Counted from the first letter of the stretch, positions 9,665 through 20,400 are shown. The stretch is DNA of 64,000 bases from Ignavibacteriota bacterium (GCA_003327435.1 QOQV01000004.1:130467-194466); one strand, 5' to 3'. Numbers and translations are program-made. Notes: generated from the sequence alone by a model not told the origin.

Positions 9665-11799
9665 GAAATAGAAACAAAAACTTTATATCTTTTTTACTAT
9701 TAACTTTTCTATGTTATAATTCGTACTCACAAAGTGATCTGTTAAAGGATATAATACAATCTGTATCAATTGATAGCATCAGGAAAACTATCATTGATTT
9801 ACAGAATTTTCAAACACGATATGAATATTCACCCCAGCAAGATTCAGCTGGGGTTTATATTTTTAATCGACTTAATTCTGCTGGACTAAATGTTGAGTTT
9901 GAAGAATATGCAATTGGGCAAGCCGGTTTTTCCTGTTTTGATTTCCTAACTCCATCACATCTCTGGATAGGAGGAACTTCAGGAGCATTAGTATATAGCG
10001 TCGATTCAGGTGAAAATTGGGAATATCTGAATACACAAACAAGCAACGCAATTAATGATATAGAATTTTATAATAGATTTATTGGATGGATTGTTGGAAG
10101 TGGTGGACTTATTAAAAAAACATCAGATCGTGGAAACACCTGGGTTCAGCAAAATAGTGGTACTGCAATATCACTGTATGGAATCAGCTTTATAAGTAGC
10201 AGTATAGGATTAATTGTAGGTGGAAATGGTAAAATTTTAAGAACCACAAACGGAGGAACAAATTGGGAATCTATAATTTCAGGTACAAACGAAAATTTAT
10301 ACGATGTTCAATTTTTAAATCAAAATAATGCATGGGCTGTTGGTAACAATGGGAAGATTCTCTTTTCATCTAATTCCGGATTATCATGGGAATTTCAAAC
10401 ACCACCAGCAAATAGCATAAGTGAATACCGTAAGGTTTACTTTATAGATTCGTTAAAAGGTTGGATTATAGTAAGCGGAAACTTTATCTTAAAAACAACC
10501 GATGGTGGTAAGATATGGGAAAGAATAGAACTAAATGCAATCTATGGTAGCGATTATAGAGGAATTACATTTTCCGACTCATTAACTGGATTTTTAGTTG
10601 AAGCTTCAGGGAATATTTTAAAGACCACAAATGGTGGAGATTCCTGGTTTCACCAATATTTATATAAAGGATGGACCGTTCGATTGAACAACATTATATC
10701 TTTACCAAATAATAAACTGCTAATTTGCGGCTCAAACGGTTATCTGCTTCTTTCAAGCAATGGTGGTGAGACATGGTTCAATAGAACCCATACTTTACCA
10801 TCACAATTAATTCATAAAACGAACAATATTGTTGCACAATTGAGAGGAACTATTAAACCCGATAATGAATTTATTTTCGTTGCCCATTATGACTCATATA
10901 GTTATAACTATGAAACCTCAGCACCTGGAGCAGATGATAATGCTTCTGGAACTGCCGCTGTAATTGAAGCAGCCAGAATTCTAAAAAATTACGAATTCGA
11001 GTCAACTATTAATTTTCTCCTGGTATCGGGCGAGGAATTTGGTATGTTCGGCAGTACCTTCCACGCTTTTAACGCCAGAGCAAACAAGAGAAACATTCAA
11101 TGCGCTATCAATGCAGATATGATTGGCTATCCAATCGGTCACATACAACCCCGGTTAATTGTCGGCAGTTACAAAACATACAATTCAATGATCGATTCAA
11201 TTTTAACTTATAATCAAAAACACAATTTAAATATCTTTTTAGAACCAGTTATTGATAATTCAGGAGCAAGTGATTATGGACCATTTGCTTTAGCCGGATA
11301 TAATGCACTTCATATTGCAGAAGGCACACCAGAAGAAATCTGGGGTGGTGCAAATCCTTTCTATCATACTCCAATGGACCTTTATGAAAAATTAAGCCCA
11401 AATCTTTTATTAAAGGCAACACAATTGTTAACCTCTTCAATAGCAGAACTCGCAAAACCATTAAGAAAATTATATGTCGAAGAACCTTTAAGTATTATTG
11501 AGTATAAACTTTATCAAAATTATCCCAATCCTTTTAATTCTGAAACAAATATTTCATTCAACATTCCTGAGGAATCATATGTAATATTAAAAATATACGA
11601 TGTATTAGGTAGAGATTTATTCACATTAATAAATCAAAACTTAAAACCTGGAAAATACAGCACGCATTTAAATTTATACGAATTTCAAAGATATCTTACA
11701 CCTTTACCATCAAGTGGGGTTTATTTTTATAGATTAGAAGCAAAATCAGTATCCAATAAATTTTACAGTGAATCAAAGAAGTTTTTAATTTTAAAATAA
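9661..11799 (+). CDS. paralogous M28 aminopeptidase with a BNR/Ycf48-like propeller insert and a T9SS C-terminal sorting domain
   Basis: Same architecture as the upstream gene: 7 BNR-like repeats, then HYDSY, GADDNASG, SGEEFGMFGS, ADMIGYP, SDYGPFA, YHTPMD. C-terminus YQNYPNPFNSETNISFNIPEESYVILKIYDVLGRDL is a T9SS type-A sorting domain. GTG start overlaps the upstream stop by 4 bp. Confidence 0.8.
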   Translation: MRNRNKNFISFLLLTFLCYNSYSQSDLLKDIIQSVSIDSIRKTIIDLQNFQTRYEYSPQQDSAGVYIFNRLNSAGLNVEFEEYAIGQAGFSCFDFLTPSHLWIGGTSGALVYSVDSGENWEYLNTQTSNAINDIEFYNRFIGWIVGSGGLIKKTSDRGNTWVQQNSGTAISLYGISFISSSIGLIVGGNGKILRTTNGGTNWESIISGTNENLYDVQFLNQNNAWAVGNNGKILFSSNSGLSWEFQTPPANSISEYRKVYFIDSLKGWIIVSGNFILKTTDGGKIWERIELNAIYGSDYRGITFSDSLTGFLVEASGNILKTTNGGDSWFHQYLYKGWTVRLNNIISLPNNKLLICGSNGYLLLSSNGGETWFNRTHTLPSQLIHKTNNIVAQLRGTIKPDNEFIFVAHYDSYSYNYETSAPGADDNASGTAAVIEAARILKNYEFESTINFLLVSGEEFGMFGSTFHAFNARANKRNIQCAINADMIGYPIGHIQPRLIVGSYKTYNSMIDSILTYNQKHNLNIFLEPVIDNSGASDYGPFALAGYNALHIAEGTPEEIWGGANPFYHTPMDLYEKLSPNLLLKATQLLTSSIAELAKPLRKLYVEEPLSIIEYKLYQNYPNPFNSETNISFNIPEESYVILKIYDVLGRDLFTLINQNLKPGKYSTHLNLYEFQRYLTPLPSSGVYFYRLEAKSVSNKFYSESKKFLILK

Positions 11800-11855
11800 A
11801 AATTTTAAATTATAACAGCATCCCGGGCGGCATCCTAAATTTTTAGGAGGCAATT

Positions 11856-14800
11856 ATGAGAACATATTTACTTTTACTTCTTCTTGTCACTTCTCTGAAA
11901 GCACAAATATCCCAATTCCCCTACTTCCAGAATTTTGATAGTTCACATATAACACCACCAGCACTTCCAAATGGTTGGTTATCAAGTCAAAATCGAACCC
12001 CAGGTACCAATGATTTCACAACTACTACAGGCACATCATATTCTACACCAAACTGTGTGATTTCCACGAATGCAAAAATTAAACAATTTCTTATTTCTCC
12101 CGTTTTCAATTTTTCAAACAGGATTGTAGATTCCATCAAATTTTTTGAAAGGCGTTCTTCAACACACGACTCAGATGTTTTACTTGAAGCTTCAACCGAT
12201 GGTGGTACAATTTTTAATATACAAATAAGCGATACACTCAAATATCCAGGACATACAAATTATATTCAAAGAGCATTTGTACTTCCAGAAGCATTGAATA
12301 ACCAGAGTGTTATTTTTCGCTGGAATATTCTGGGAAATGGTTCGGGTACAACTGCTACTATTAGATTTGATAATATTACTATCTCAGCCAAATCAAATCA
12401 GGATATAGGAATCATCGAAGTAATTCAAGATCCTCTATATCCAGCAATGGGTGATTCAATTTTTCTATCAATATTAGTTAAAAACCTGGGGCATCAAACA
12501 ATAAATAATTTCAATCTGGCATTTTACATCGACACAAATTATGACTCAATACCACAAACTTCAGAATTTTTTATCAGAACTGAATTTGAAACAACATTAA
12601 ATCCAGGTGATACATTGTCAGAAAAAATTTTTATACCATGGTTAAACAATTCCGGTTTGCAATTTATTATCGTTGCTGAGCTGGCAGGAGACGATAATTT
12701 ATCAAATAACTTAAAAACGATAAAAATAAATTACGGAGTAAAAAAATATTCGATTGTAATAAACGAGATTATGTATCGTCCAGCTTCTCCTGAGCCAGAA
12801 TGGGTTGAACTGACTAATACGACCAACGACTCAATTGACATTCGTGACTGGAAAATTTCCGACTCAAAAGTTTCCTCAAGATATTTAATATCTGCAAATA
12901 ATTACTTTATTAAACCAAAAGAATTTATAATCATTACAAAGGACTCAACTACATTTCTTGAAATAAGGCAAAATGTAAAATGCAAAATTTTTAATGTACC
13001 AAATTTACCAGCTTTAAACAATGATAGTGATGCAGTTGTAATTTATGACAATCGGGGTGGAGTCATCGATAGTGTGTTTTACCGTTATTATTGGGGTGGC
13101 TCGAGCGGTGGAAAATCGCTTGAAAGAATTAGTACAGAAGCCCCCTCAACTTCTAAATCCAACTGGGGTTCATCAACTCATCCCGAGGGTTGCACCCCAG
13201 GTAAGAAAAATTCTATCTCACAAAAAGATTTTGATTTAAAAATCCATAACATAACATACGACCCCGCTTTTCCTATTATTGGGGAAACTCTTAAAATAAA
13301 CATACATTTAAAAAATATAGGAAAAGCCAAAATTGAAAGCTTTCACCTGCTGATTTATTACGATTTAAATTCAGATTCACTATGCACTAACGAAGAAATT
13401 ATTTCAGAATATTCCCTAAATATCCTATTACTACCAGATGTTACTACCAGTGTTATTACTTATTTCTTAATTGATTCAGTAAAGGAATACAACTTCATTT
13501 TTAAAGCAAATTATCCTGAAGATGAAGATACACTCAATAATATTTTTTATTCAAAATTAATTAGTGGTTATCCAAATGGAACGGTCGTGATAAACGAAAT
13601 AATGTATGCACCAGTAGGTGGTGAACCTGAATGGATAGAATTATACAACAATTCACAATATAAAATAAACCTTAAAGATTGGGAATTAAGTAACAAAAAT
13701 TCAAATAGTAAATACAAAATTACTTCATCAAATTTTCTTTTCGAACCATTTGATTATGTTGTCATCACAAAGGATACTTCTTTACTTTTTAATTATAGAA
13801 GTGGAAATTATAAAAGTATTGAATCAAACTCGTTGCCAACATATTTTATGAATAATTCCACAGATGCAATTGTACTATATGATAACAGAAATGTAAAGAT
13901 AGACAGCATGTTTTACGTATCGTCCTGGGGTGGTGTAAATGGTAAATCGCTTGAAAGAATTGAAGCGCATACCAACTCTCTCGATTCCACCAATTGGGGA
14001 TCTTCACTTGATTCATCCGGATGTACGCCAGGCAAACAAAATTATATCACTCCACTTGAATATGACCTAAAGCTTGTTAATGTATTTTCAGATTCAATTG
14101 AATATTTGAACGAAGCAAAGATTTTTATAACAGTGAAGAATGCTGGGAAAAATTTAGTAAACAATTTTGTCTTGAATTTATTTTTTGATTATAACAAGGA
14201 TTCAATTCCCCAAACAGAGGAGCTAATATATTCGCAAAACATTATCTGTAATTTGAACCATAAAGATACACTTAATATTGAATATAAATGGCAAAACACT
14301 GGTTTTGGCAAAAAACATATCATCACTGTTATTGAATACCCACAAGATATGAGAACAAAAGACAATATTAAAATTTTCATTCTTCATATGGGATATCCTA
14401 AAAATTGTCTGATAATAAACGAAATAATGTATCAACCATTTAGCGGTAAAAGTGAATATGTTGAACTGTTTAACCGAGTCAATTTTCCTGTAGAACTGTT
14501 CAACTGGAAACTTCACGATTATTCTGATGGAGATAAAATAAAAATCAACGAATTTAAACTTGAAAATACCAGCTTGATTTTAAATCCAGGAGAATATCTG
14601 ATTCTTGCAGCGGATTCAAGTATATTTCAGCAATTTACTTATTTACAGGATTCAATATACAAGGTCTTTGTATTTAATAAATCCAGTTTAAGTTTAAACA
14701 ACGAAGGTGATAAAATCATAATCAGGGATCTGGTTGAAAATTTGATTGATAGTTTATTCTTTACACCTAAGTGGCATAATCCAGAAATTGATGATGTAAC

Positions 14801-15251
14801 CGGAAGATCGCTTGAAAGGATCAATCCAAACATTGAAAGTAACGATTCAAGAAACTGGAGTACCTCAATAGACCATCTTGGTGGAACACCCGGTAAGCAA
14901 AATACTATTTATACTACAGTTCTATCGAAATCTGGTGAACTTAATTTTTCTCCAAATCCTTTTTCACCAGATGCAGACGGTTTTGAAGATCATTGCATTA
15001 TAAGTTTTAAATTACCTGCAACTGTGGCTCAGATAAATGTAAAAATCTTTGATTCAAAAGGTAGATTAATACGCACACTTGCTAATAATGAACCAGTTGC
15101 TTCTGAAGGTCAAATAATCTGGGATGGGATGAATGATGAAAAATCAAAAGTAAATATGGGGATTTACATTGTTTTACTCGAAGCTTTTGATGTTGATAAC
15201 CAAACAATTCACAAGCTTAAAGGAGTTGTTGTAGTTGGTGGCAGGCTATAA
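11856..15251 (+). CDS. large secreted surface protein with 3 lamin-tail-domain (LTD) repeats, CARDB-like domains and a gliding-motility/T9SS-type C-terminal domain
   Basis: 1131 aa with signal peptide. Three repeats of INEIMY.P....E(W/Y)(V/I)EL.N ... D(A/K)(V/I)(V/I)(L/I)(Y/R)D ... GKSLERI ... GCTPGK(K/Q)N. C-terminus FSPNPFSPDADGFEDHCIISFKLP...VKIFDSKGR. AGGAGG ribosome-binding site upstream. Confidence 0.7.
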   Translation: MRTYLLLLLLVTSLKAQISQFPYFQNFDSSHITPPALPNGWLSSQNRTPGTNDFTTTTGTSYSTPNCVISTNAKIKQFLISPVFNFSNRIVDSIKFFERRSSTHDSDVLLEASTDGGTIFNIQISDTLKYPGHTNYIQRAFVLPEALNNQSVIFRWNILGNGSGTTATIRFDNITISAKSNQDIGIIEVIQDPLYPAMGDSIFLSILVKNLGHQTINNFNLAFYIDTNYDSIPQTSEFFIRTEFETTLNPGDTLSEKIFIPWLNNSGLQFIIVAELAGDDNLSNNLKTIKINYGVKKYSIVINEIMYRPASPEPEWVELTNTTNDSIDIRDWKISDSKVSSRYLISANNYFIKPKEFIIITKDSTTFLEIRQNVKCKIFNVPNLPALNNDSDAVVIYDNRGGVIDSVFYRYYWGGSSGGKSLERISTEAPSTSKSNWGSSTHPEGCTPGKKNSISQKDFDLKIHNITYDPAFPIIGETLKINIHLKNIGKAKIESFHLLIYYDLNSDSLCTNEEIISEYSLNILLLPDVTTSVITYFLIDSVKEYNFIFKANYPEDEDTLNNIFYSKLISGYPNGTVVINEIMYAPVGGEPEWIELYNNSQYKINLKDWELSNKNSNSKYKITSSNFLFEPFDYVVITKDTSLLFNYRSGNYKSIESNSLPTYFMNNSTDAIVLYDNRNVKIDSMFYVSSWGGVNGKSLERIEAHTNSLDSTNWGSSLDSSGCTPGKQNYITPLEYDLKLVNVFSDSIEYLNEAKIFITVKNAGKNLVNNFVLNLFFDYNKDSIPQTEELIYSQNIICNLNHKDTLNIEYKWQNTGFGKKHIITVIEYPQDMRTKDNIKIFILHMGYPKNCLIINEIMYQPFSGKSEYVELFNRVNFPVELFNWKLHDYSDGDKIKINEFKLENTSLILNPGEYLILAADSSIFQQFTYLQDSIYKVFVFNKSSLSLNNEGDKIIIRDLVENLIDSLFFTPKWHNPEIDDVTGRSLERINPNIESNDSRNWSTSIDHLGGTPGKQNTIYTTVLSKSGELNFSPNPFSPDADGFEDHCIISFKLPATVAQINVKIFDSKGRLIRTLANNEPVASEGQIIWDGMNDEKSKVNMGIYIVLLEAFDVDNQTIHKLKGVVVVGGRL

Positions 15252-15253
15252 CC

Positions 15254-16294
15254 CTACTGATCGTCTTGATTGTAGCTTTTTAAAAGCCTGAGAACTTTTT
15301 GCATATCCACGGGAAGCTTAGAATCAAAGAACATTTTTTCTTTTGTAATTGGGTGAATAAAACCGATAGTTTTTGCATGTAATGCCTGTCGTTTCATAAT
15401 TCCCAATAATTCTTCCACAAACAATTTATCTTTTTTTACATTTTCTCCATAAGAAATCCTTCTTCCTCCATAAGTTGGGTCTCCAAATACAGGATGACCA
15501 ATATGATGCATATGAACTCGAATTTGATGAGTTCTTCCTGTTTTAAGTTTTAATTTTATCAGTGACAAAAAATCAAATTCCGTTATTACTTCATACTCTG
15601 TTACTGCATATTTACCGCTTTCACTAACAGCAACTTTTTTGCGATCTGATTTACTACGTGCCAGATTTGCTTCGATAATACCTTTTTTCTGTTTTCCAAA
15701 TCTTCCCCAGACGATTGCCCAATACTCTCTCTCAATTGTTCTATTCGCAAACTGTTTTGCCAGAAACGAGTGTGCAAAATCATCCTTTGCAACAACGATT
15801 AATCCTGAAGTATCCTTATCAAGCCGATGAACAATGCCTGCTCTTGCATTTAAGGGTTCATAGCCAACTCTATCCTTGATATCTGTATCCTCGTCTTGAT
15901 CTGCAACTTCATTAACATGAGCAAGTTTACCCTGGCAATGATAAAGTAGCGCGTTAACAAGTGTACCGGTGTAGTTACCATAAGCTGGGTGTGTTACCAT
16001 ACCAGCTGGTTTATTGACTACAATAATGTAATCATCTTCGTAAACAATGTTAAGTGGTATTTGTTCAGCCTTAACCGTTTGTGGTGGTGGTTTAGGTAAG
16101 CTAATATCAATTACATCTCCCGGATTAACTTTGTAACCTGGTTTTGTTATTTTACCGTTAACCAATACATAACCCGCTTCTATTGCTTCCTGAACTTTAC
16201 TTCTGGTAGTATTTTCGATATGATTGGTTAAAAAAACATCTATTCTTTCTCTGTTCTGTCCGGCAGGTACCAGAATCTGGAATTTTTGTGTCAT
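15254..16294 (-). CDS. rluD: 23S rRNA pseudouridine synthase, RluA family (RluD-like, with S4 domain)
   Basis: N-terminal S4 RNA-binding region, and catalytic HRLDKDTSG motif. Confidence 0.85.
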   Translation of the reverse strand: MTQKFQILVPAGQNRERIDVFLTNHIENTTRSKVQEAIEAGYVLVNGKITKPGYKVNPGDVIDISLPKPPPQTVKAEQIPLNIVYEDDYIIVVNKPAGMVTHPAYGNYTGTLVNALLYHCQGKLAHVNEVADQDEDTDIKDRVGYEPLNARAGIVHRLDKDTSGLIVVAKDDFAHSFLAKQFANRTIEREYWAIVWGRFGKQKKGIIEANLARSKSDRKKVAVSESGKYAVTEYEVITEFDFLSLIKLKLKTGRTHQIRVHMHHIGHPVFGDPTYGGRRISYGENVKKDKLFVEELLGIMKRQALHAKTIGFIHPITKEKMFFDSKLPVDMQKVLRLLKSYNQDDQ

Positions 16295-16310
16295 TCTATT
16301 TTTATGTGTG

Positions 16311-16868
16311 TTATATAGCGTTTTTTGATTCTGACTTTGTAGAGGGCTTGTGAAATATCAGGAGTAAAATAACACCTATAGTTACTGAAGCGTCAGCAAA
16401 GTTAAAAACTGGCCAGCGATCAATATGATACCCAAAAATATTCAGGTTAAAAAAATCCACATCAATAAAATCTACAACTCTTCCGTAAAAAATCTTATCA
16501 TAACCGAATATAACCCCATAAAAAATTCTATCTATCAAATTGCCGATTGCACCACCCAAAATCATTGCAAGTGATAAACGAAAACCAAGGTTTGAATTTT
16601 TTGATTTGTACAGGTAATATAGAATTAAAATACTCGCAACAATTGAAAGTATGCCAAAGAGATGTTTCCAACCTAAGTCAAATCCAAACGCCATTCCAGC
16701 ATTTTCAATGTAAGTGAGCCGTAGAAAATCTCCAATAATGCTGTAACTCGAGCCATACTGCATACCATTTACGGAAATTCCAATTGCAGGAAGTGAGAAA
16801 CCCTTTACCAATAACTTTGAGATCTGATCTAATATAACTATACCGAAAGTTACAAAAAGTATTCTCAA
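16311..16868 (-). CDS. lspA: lipoprotein signal peptidase II
   Basis: Four TM segments; conserved VFNFAD and NxGxAFG-like motifs; 185 aa. Confidence 0.85.
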   Translation of the reverse strand: MRILFVTFGIVILDQISKLLVKGFSLPAIGISVNGMQYGSSYSIIGDFLRLTYIENAGMAFGFDLGWKHLFGILSIVASILILYYLYKSKNSNLGFRLSLAMILGGAIGNLIDRIFYGVIFGYDKIFYGRVVDFIDVDFFNLNIFGYHIDRWPVFNFADASVTIGVILLLIFHKPSTKSESKNAI

Positions 16869-16871
16869 ATT

Positions 16872-17426
16872 TTATTCCGATATTGTTGGTTTATGTTTTG
16901 TTTGCTTTTCCTTGTCTTTACAAGAGACACACATCTGCGCATGAGGCACAGCTTCGAGTCGCCCCTTGTCAATAAGCTTACCACACACTATACATTTACC
17001 ATAATTACCAGATTCGATTCTGCGCAAAGCATCATCTAAATAATTCAGGAATTTTCCTTCTCTTGATGCAAATAGAAAGGTTTTTTCTCTTTCCATTGTA
17101 TCGGTGCCCTGTTCCATATGTAATGAATAAGAAGGATTTTCAGTGGAATATTCGCCCGTTGTTCGATCCATAATTGCATCACGTAATGTTTCAAGATCTT
17201 CAATTACTTCTTTGCGTTTCTCAAGAATTATTTGTTTAAAATATTCCAGTTCTTCTTTTGTATAAGAGGTTTTCTCTCCTGTTGTGTTGACTTTGCTCTT
17301 TTCTTTTGTAGCAACTTTAACAACTGGAGTTTGATGCCTTTTTTTATTGGATTTTTGGTTTGCAGTTTTCTTTATTTTACTTTTTACTACAGTTTTTTTT
17401 GTTTTCGATTTCTTTGTTTTTGCCAT
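16872..17426 (-). CDS. DksA/TraR-family C4 zinc-finger protein with a lysine-rich N-terminal tail
   Basis: C-terminus CIVCGKLIDKGRLEAVPHAQMCVSC is a DksA/TraR zinc finger. The N-terminal ~60 aa are a KKSKTKKTVVKSKIKK... basic low-complexity tail. Confidence 0.75.
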   Translation of the reverse strand: MAKTKKSKTKKTVVKSKIKKTANQKSNKKRHQTPVVKVATKEKSKVNTTGEKTSYTKEELEYFKQIILEKRKEVIEDLETLRDAIMDRTTGEYSTENPSYSLHMEQGTDTMEREKTFLFASREGKFLNYLDDALRRIESGNYGKCIVCGKLIDKGRLEAVPHAQMCVSCKDKEKQTKHKPTISE

Positions 17427-17427
17427 T

Positions 17428-20400
17428 TTAGTTCTCCTTTTGATGATAAAATCTTTCTATTCCTATTATGCACTTTTCACCATTAATATCCCATTCTTTT
17501 ATATTTTTACAATCAGGGATTTTAAATTCTATGGATTCGGCAAGTGTTTCAGTTGAAATGTATTTTCTTGTATTGCCTATAGCTAAATGCAATTTTTCAC
17601 TGCAATCATAAAATATTTTTATCCTGTCTGTAACATCAAAACCAAAGTCTCTACGCATATTCTGAACTCTGTTAACAAATTCTCTTGCATAACCTTCATC
17701 AATCAGTTCTTGAGTTAATTCTGTGTCAAGTGCCACTATTATCTCATTATCAGATTCAACCAACCAGCCTTTTATATCTTCATGAACAATTTCCACATCA
17801 TCCTTATTAATCTTAAATTCGTTACCATTAATACTTATATTTAATTCACCAGCCTGTTCAAGTTTGTTAATATCCTCAAGTTTTAGAGATTTAATAATAT
17901 TTGCAATTGGTTGCACAAATTTACCAAATTTTGGTCCTATCGATTTGAAGTTTGGTTTTAACCTCTTGTGAACGATATCAGAATCGCTGCTTACATATTC
18001 TATCTGTTTTACATTTATTTCGTCTAATATTACATCCCTCATTAATTCTATTGTAGATTTAAATTCTTCATTCCTGATTGGGATAATAATTCTTCTTAGA
18101 GGTTGGCGAACTTTTAAATTTGCTTTTGTTCTTATTGCCCTTACCAGATAAACTATCCTTTGAGCAATTGACATACGCTCTTCAAGTTTTTCATCAACAG
18201 CTGAGAGGTCAGGTTCCGGACTATAAGCAAGATGAACTGATTCAACATTTTCTAACTTTGTAACTGAATTCAAATTTCTAAAAATTTCCTCTGCTATAAA
18301 CGGCGCAAATGGTGCAAGCAATTTAGATATTGTAATCAAACATTGATAAAGTGTTTGATAAGCAGCCGTTTTATCTTTACCGAGTTCACTTTTCCAGAAT
18401 CTTCTACGATTTCGCCTTACATACCAGTTGGAAAGCTGATCAATTGTAAAATCAGAAATCATACGCGCAGCTTTTGTTACATCGTATTCATCCATTGCCT
18501 GATAATATTTCACTATAAGTGAATTCAAACTTGATATAATCCACCGATCTATCTCTGGTCTTTCGTTAAGAGGTATATCTGGTTCTGAATAATTAAAGTT
18601 ATCGATATTTGCATAAAGTGCAAAGAATGAATAAGTATTTATAAGAGTACCAAAAAATTTCCTCTGTACTTCCTGTAATCCCTCTTCATTGAAAAGGGTT
18701 GGTTTCCATGGAGGACTTGTGACCACAAGATACCAGCGAGTGGTATCAGCACCGTAGTTCTCAATAATCAGGAATGGATCAACGGTATTGCCACGCGATT
18801 TGGACATTTTCTGCCCTTCTTTATCAAGAATTAACTCATTAACCAGCAAATTTTTGAATGCAGGTTTATCAAATAAAAATGTACTGATTGCATGAAGCGA
18901 ATAAAACCAGCCACGGGTTTGATCAATACCTTCACATATAAAATCAGCAGGATGATGTGATAAGAAAATTTCCCTGTTTTCAAATGGATAGTGCCATTGA
19001 GCAAATGGCATTGCTCCAGAATCAAACCAGACATCTATCAATTCAGGTGTTCTGTACATCCTCTTTCCACATTTAGAACACTCGAATACTACTTTATCCA
19101 CAAAGGGTTTGTGTAAATCTATTTGTGACAAATTTATATTTTCTAATTTCTCTCTATTTGTCAGAATCTTACCTTGAGAAAGTTCTTCAATACTTCCGAC
19201 ACATTTTTGTTCGCCGCATTCACAAATCCATATTGGAAGTGGCGTTCCCCAGAATCTATCTCTTGATAAAGCCCAATCTTTATTTTCTTCAAGCCAGTTA
19301 CCAAACCTGCCTGTTCCGACTTCAGCTGGAACCCAGTTGATTTGCTTATTCAGTTCAATCATTCGTCGTGCATATTTAGTAGTGCTTATATACCAGGATT
19401 CCCTTGCATAATATAACAGAGGTGTTTTACACCTCCAGCAATGTGGATAACTATGTGTTATTGTTTCTTTCTTATACAAAATTCCTTTAAATTTTAAATC
19501 ATTTATAATTAAAGGATCAGCTTCTTTAACAAACTTACCAGCATAATCTCGAATTTCATCATTAAATTCTCCACTTCTGTTAACTGGATGTATAGTAGGT
19601 AATAAATATTTTCTACCAACCTGATAATCATCTTCACCATATGCTGGTGCAATGTGAACGATACCGGTACCGTCTTCAGTTGTTACAAAATCAGCTTCAA
19701 TAACATAATATGATTTTTCTTTTACAGGCACATAATTAAAAAGTGGTATATATTCTTTTCCAACAAGTTCTTTTCCTATGAAATTGTCCACCACAACATA
19801 TTCACCTTCCAGAACTGACAACCTTGGCTTTGCTAAAATTAGCTTCTCACCTTGATTTTCAACTTTTACATACTCAACATCTGGATGAACAGCAAGCGCA
19901 ACATTCGAAATCAGAGTCCATGGTGTGGTTGTCCAAACTAAGAAATATGTATTCTTCTCACCTTTAACTTTCATCTTCACATATATACTTGGATCTTTTA
20001 CATCCTCATAACCAAGTGAGACCTCGTGTGATGAAAGCGGAGTTTCACATCGTGGGCAATACGGTTGGATTTTATATCCCTTATAAATCATATCTTTTTC
20101 ATAAAACTGTTTTAATGCCCACCAGATCGATTCGATATAATAATTTTCAAATGTTATGTAGGGTTCATCTAAATTTACCCAATAACCCATTCGACTTGTC
20201 AATTCTTCCCAATCGGATTTATATTTCCATACTGATTTTTTACATTCAGCATTAAATGCTTCAACACCATATTTTATGATGTCCTCTTTATGTTTAAATC
20301 CAAGAGATTTTTCCACTTCAATTTCTACAGGAAGTCCATGAGTATCCCAGCCAGCTTTTCGATTCACCTGAAAACCACGCATAGTTTTATATCTGCAAAC

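Noticed and set aside
11800-11855. Terminator hairpin after the second M28 gene (GCATCCCGGGCGGCATCC)
   Set aside because: The element is a direct repeat of GCATCC around a CCCGGG palindrome, not a stable stem followed by a T-run. It more likely just precedes the AGGAGG ribosome-binding site of the next gene.
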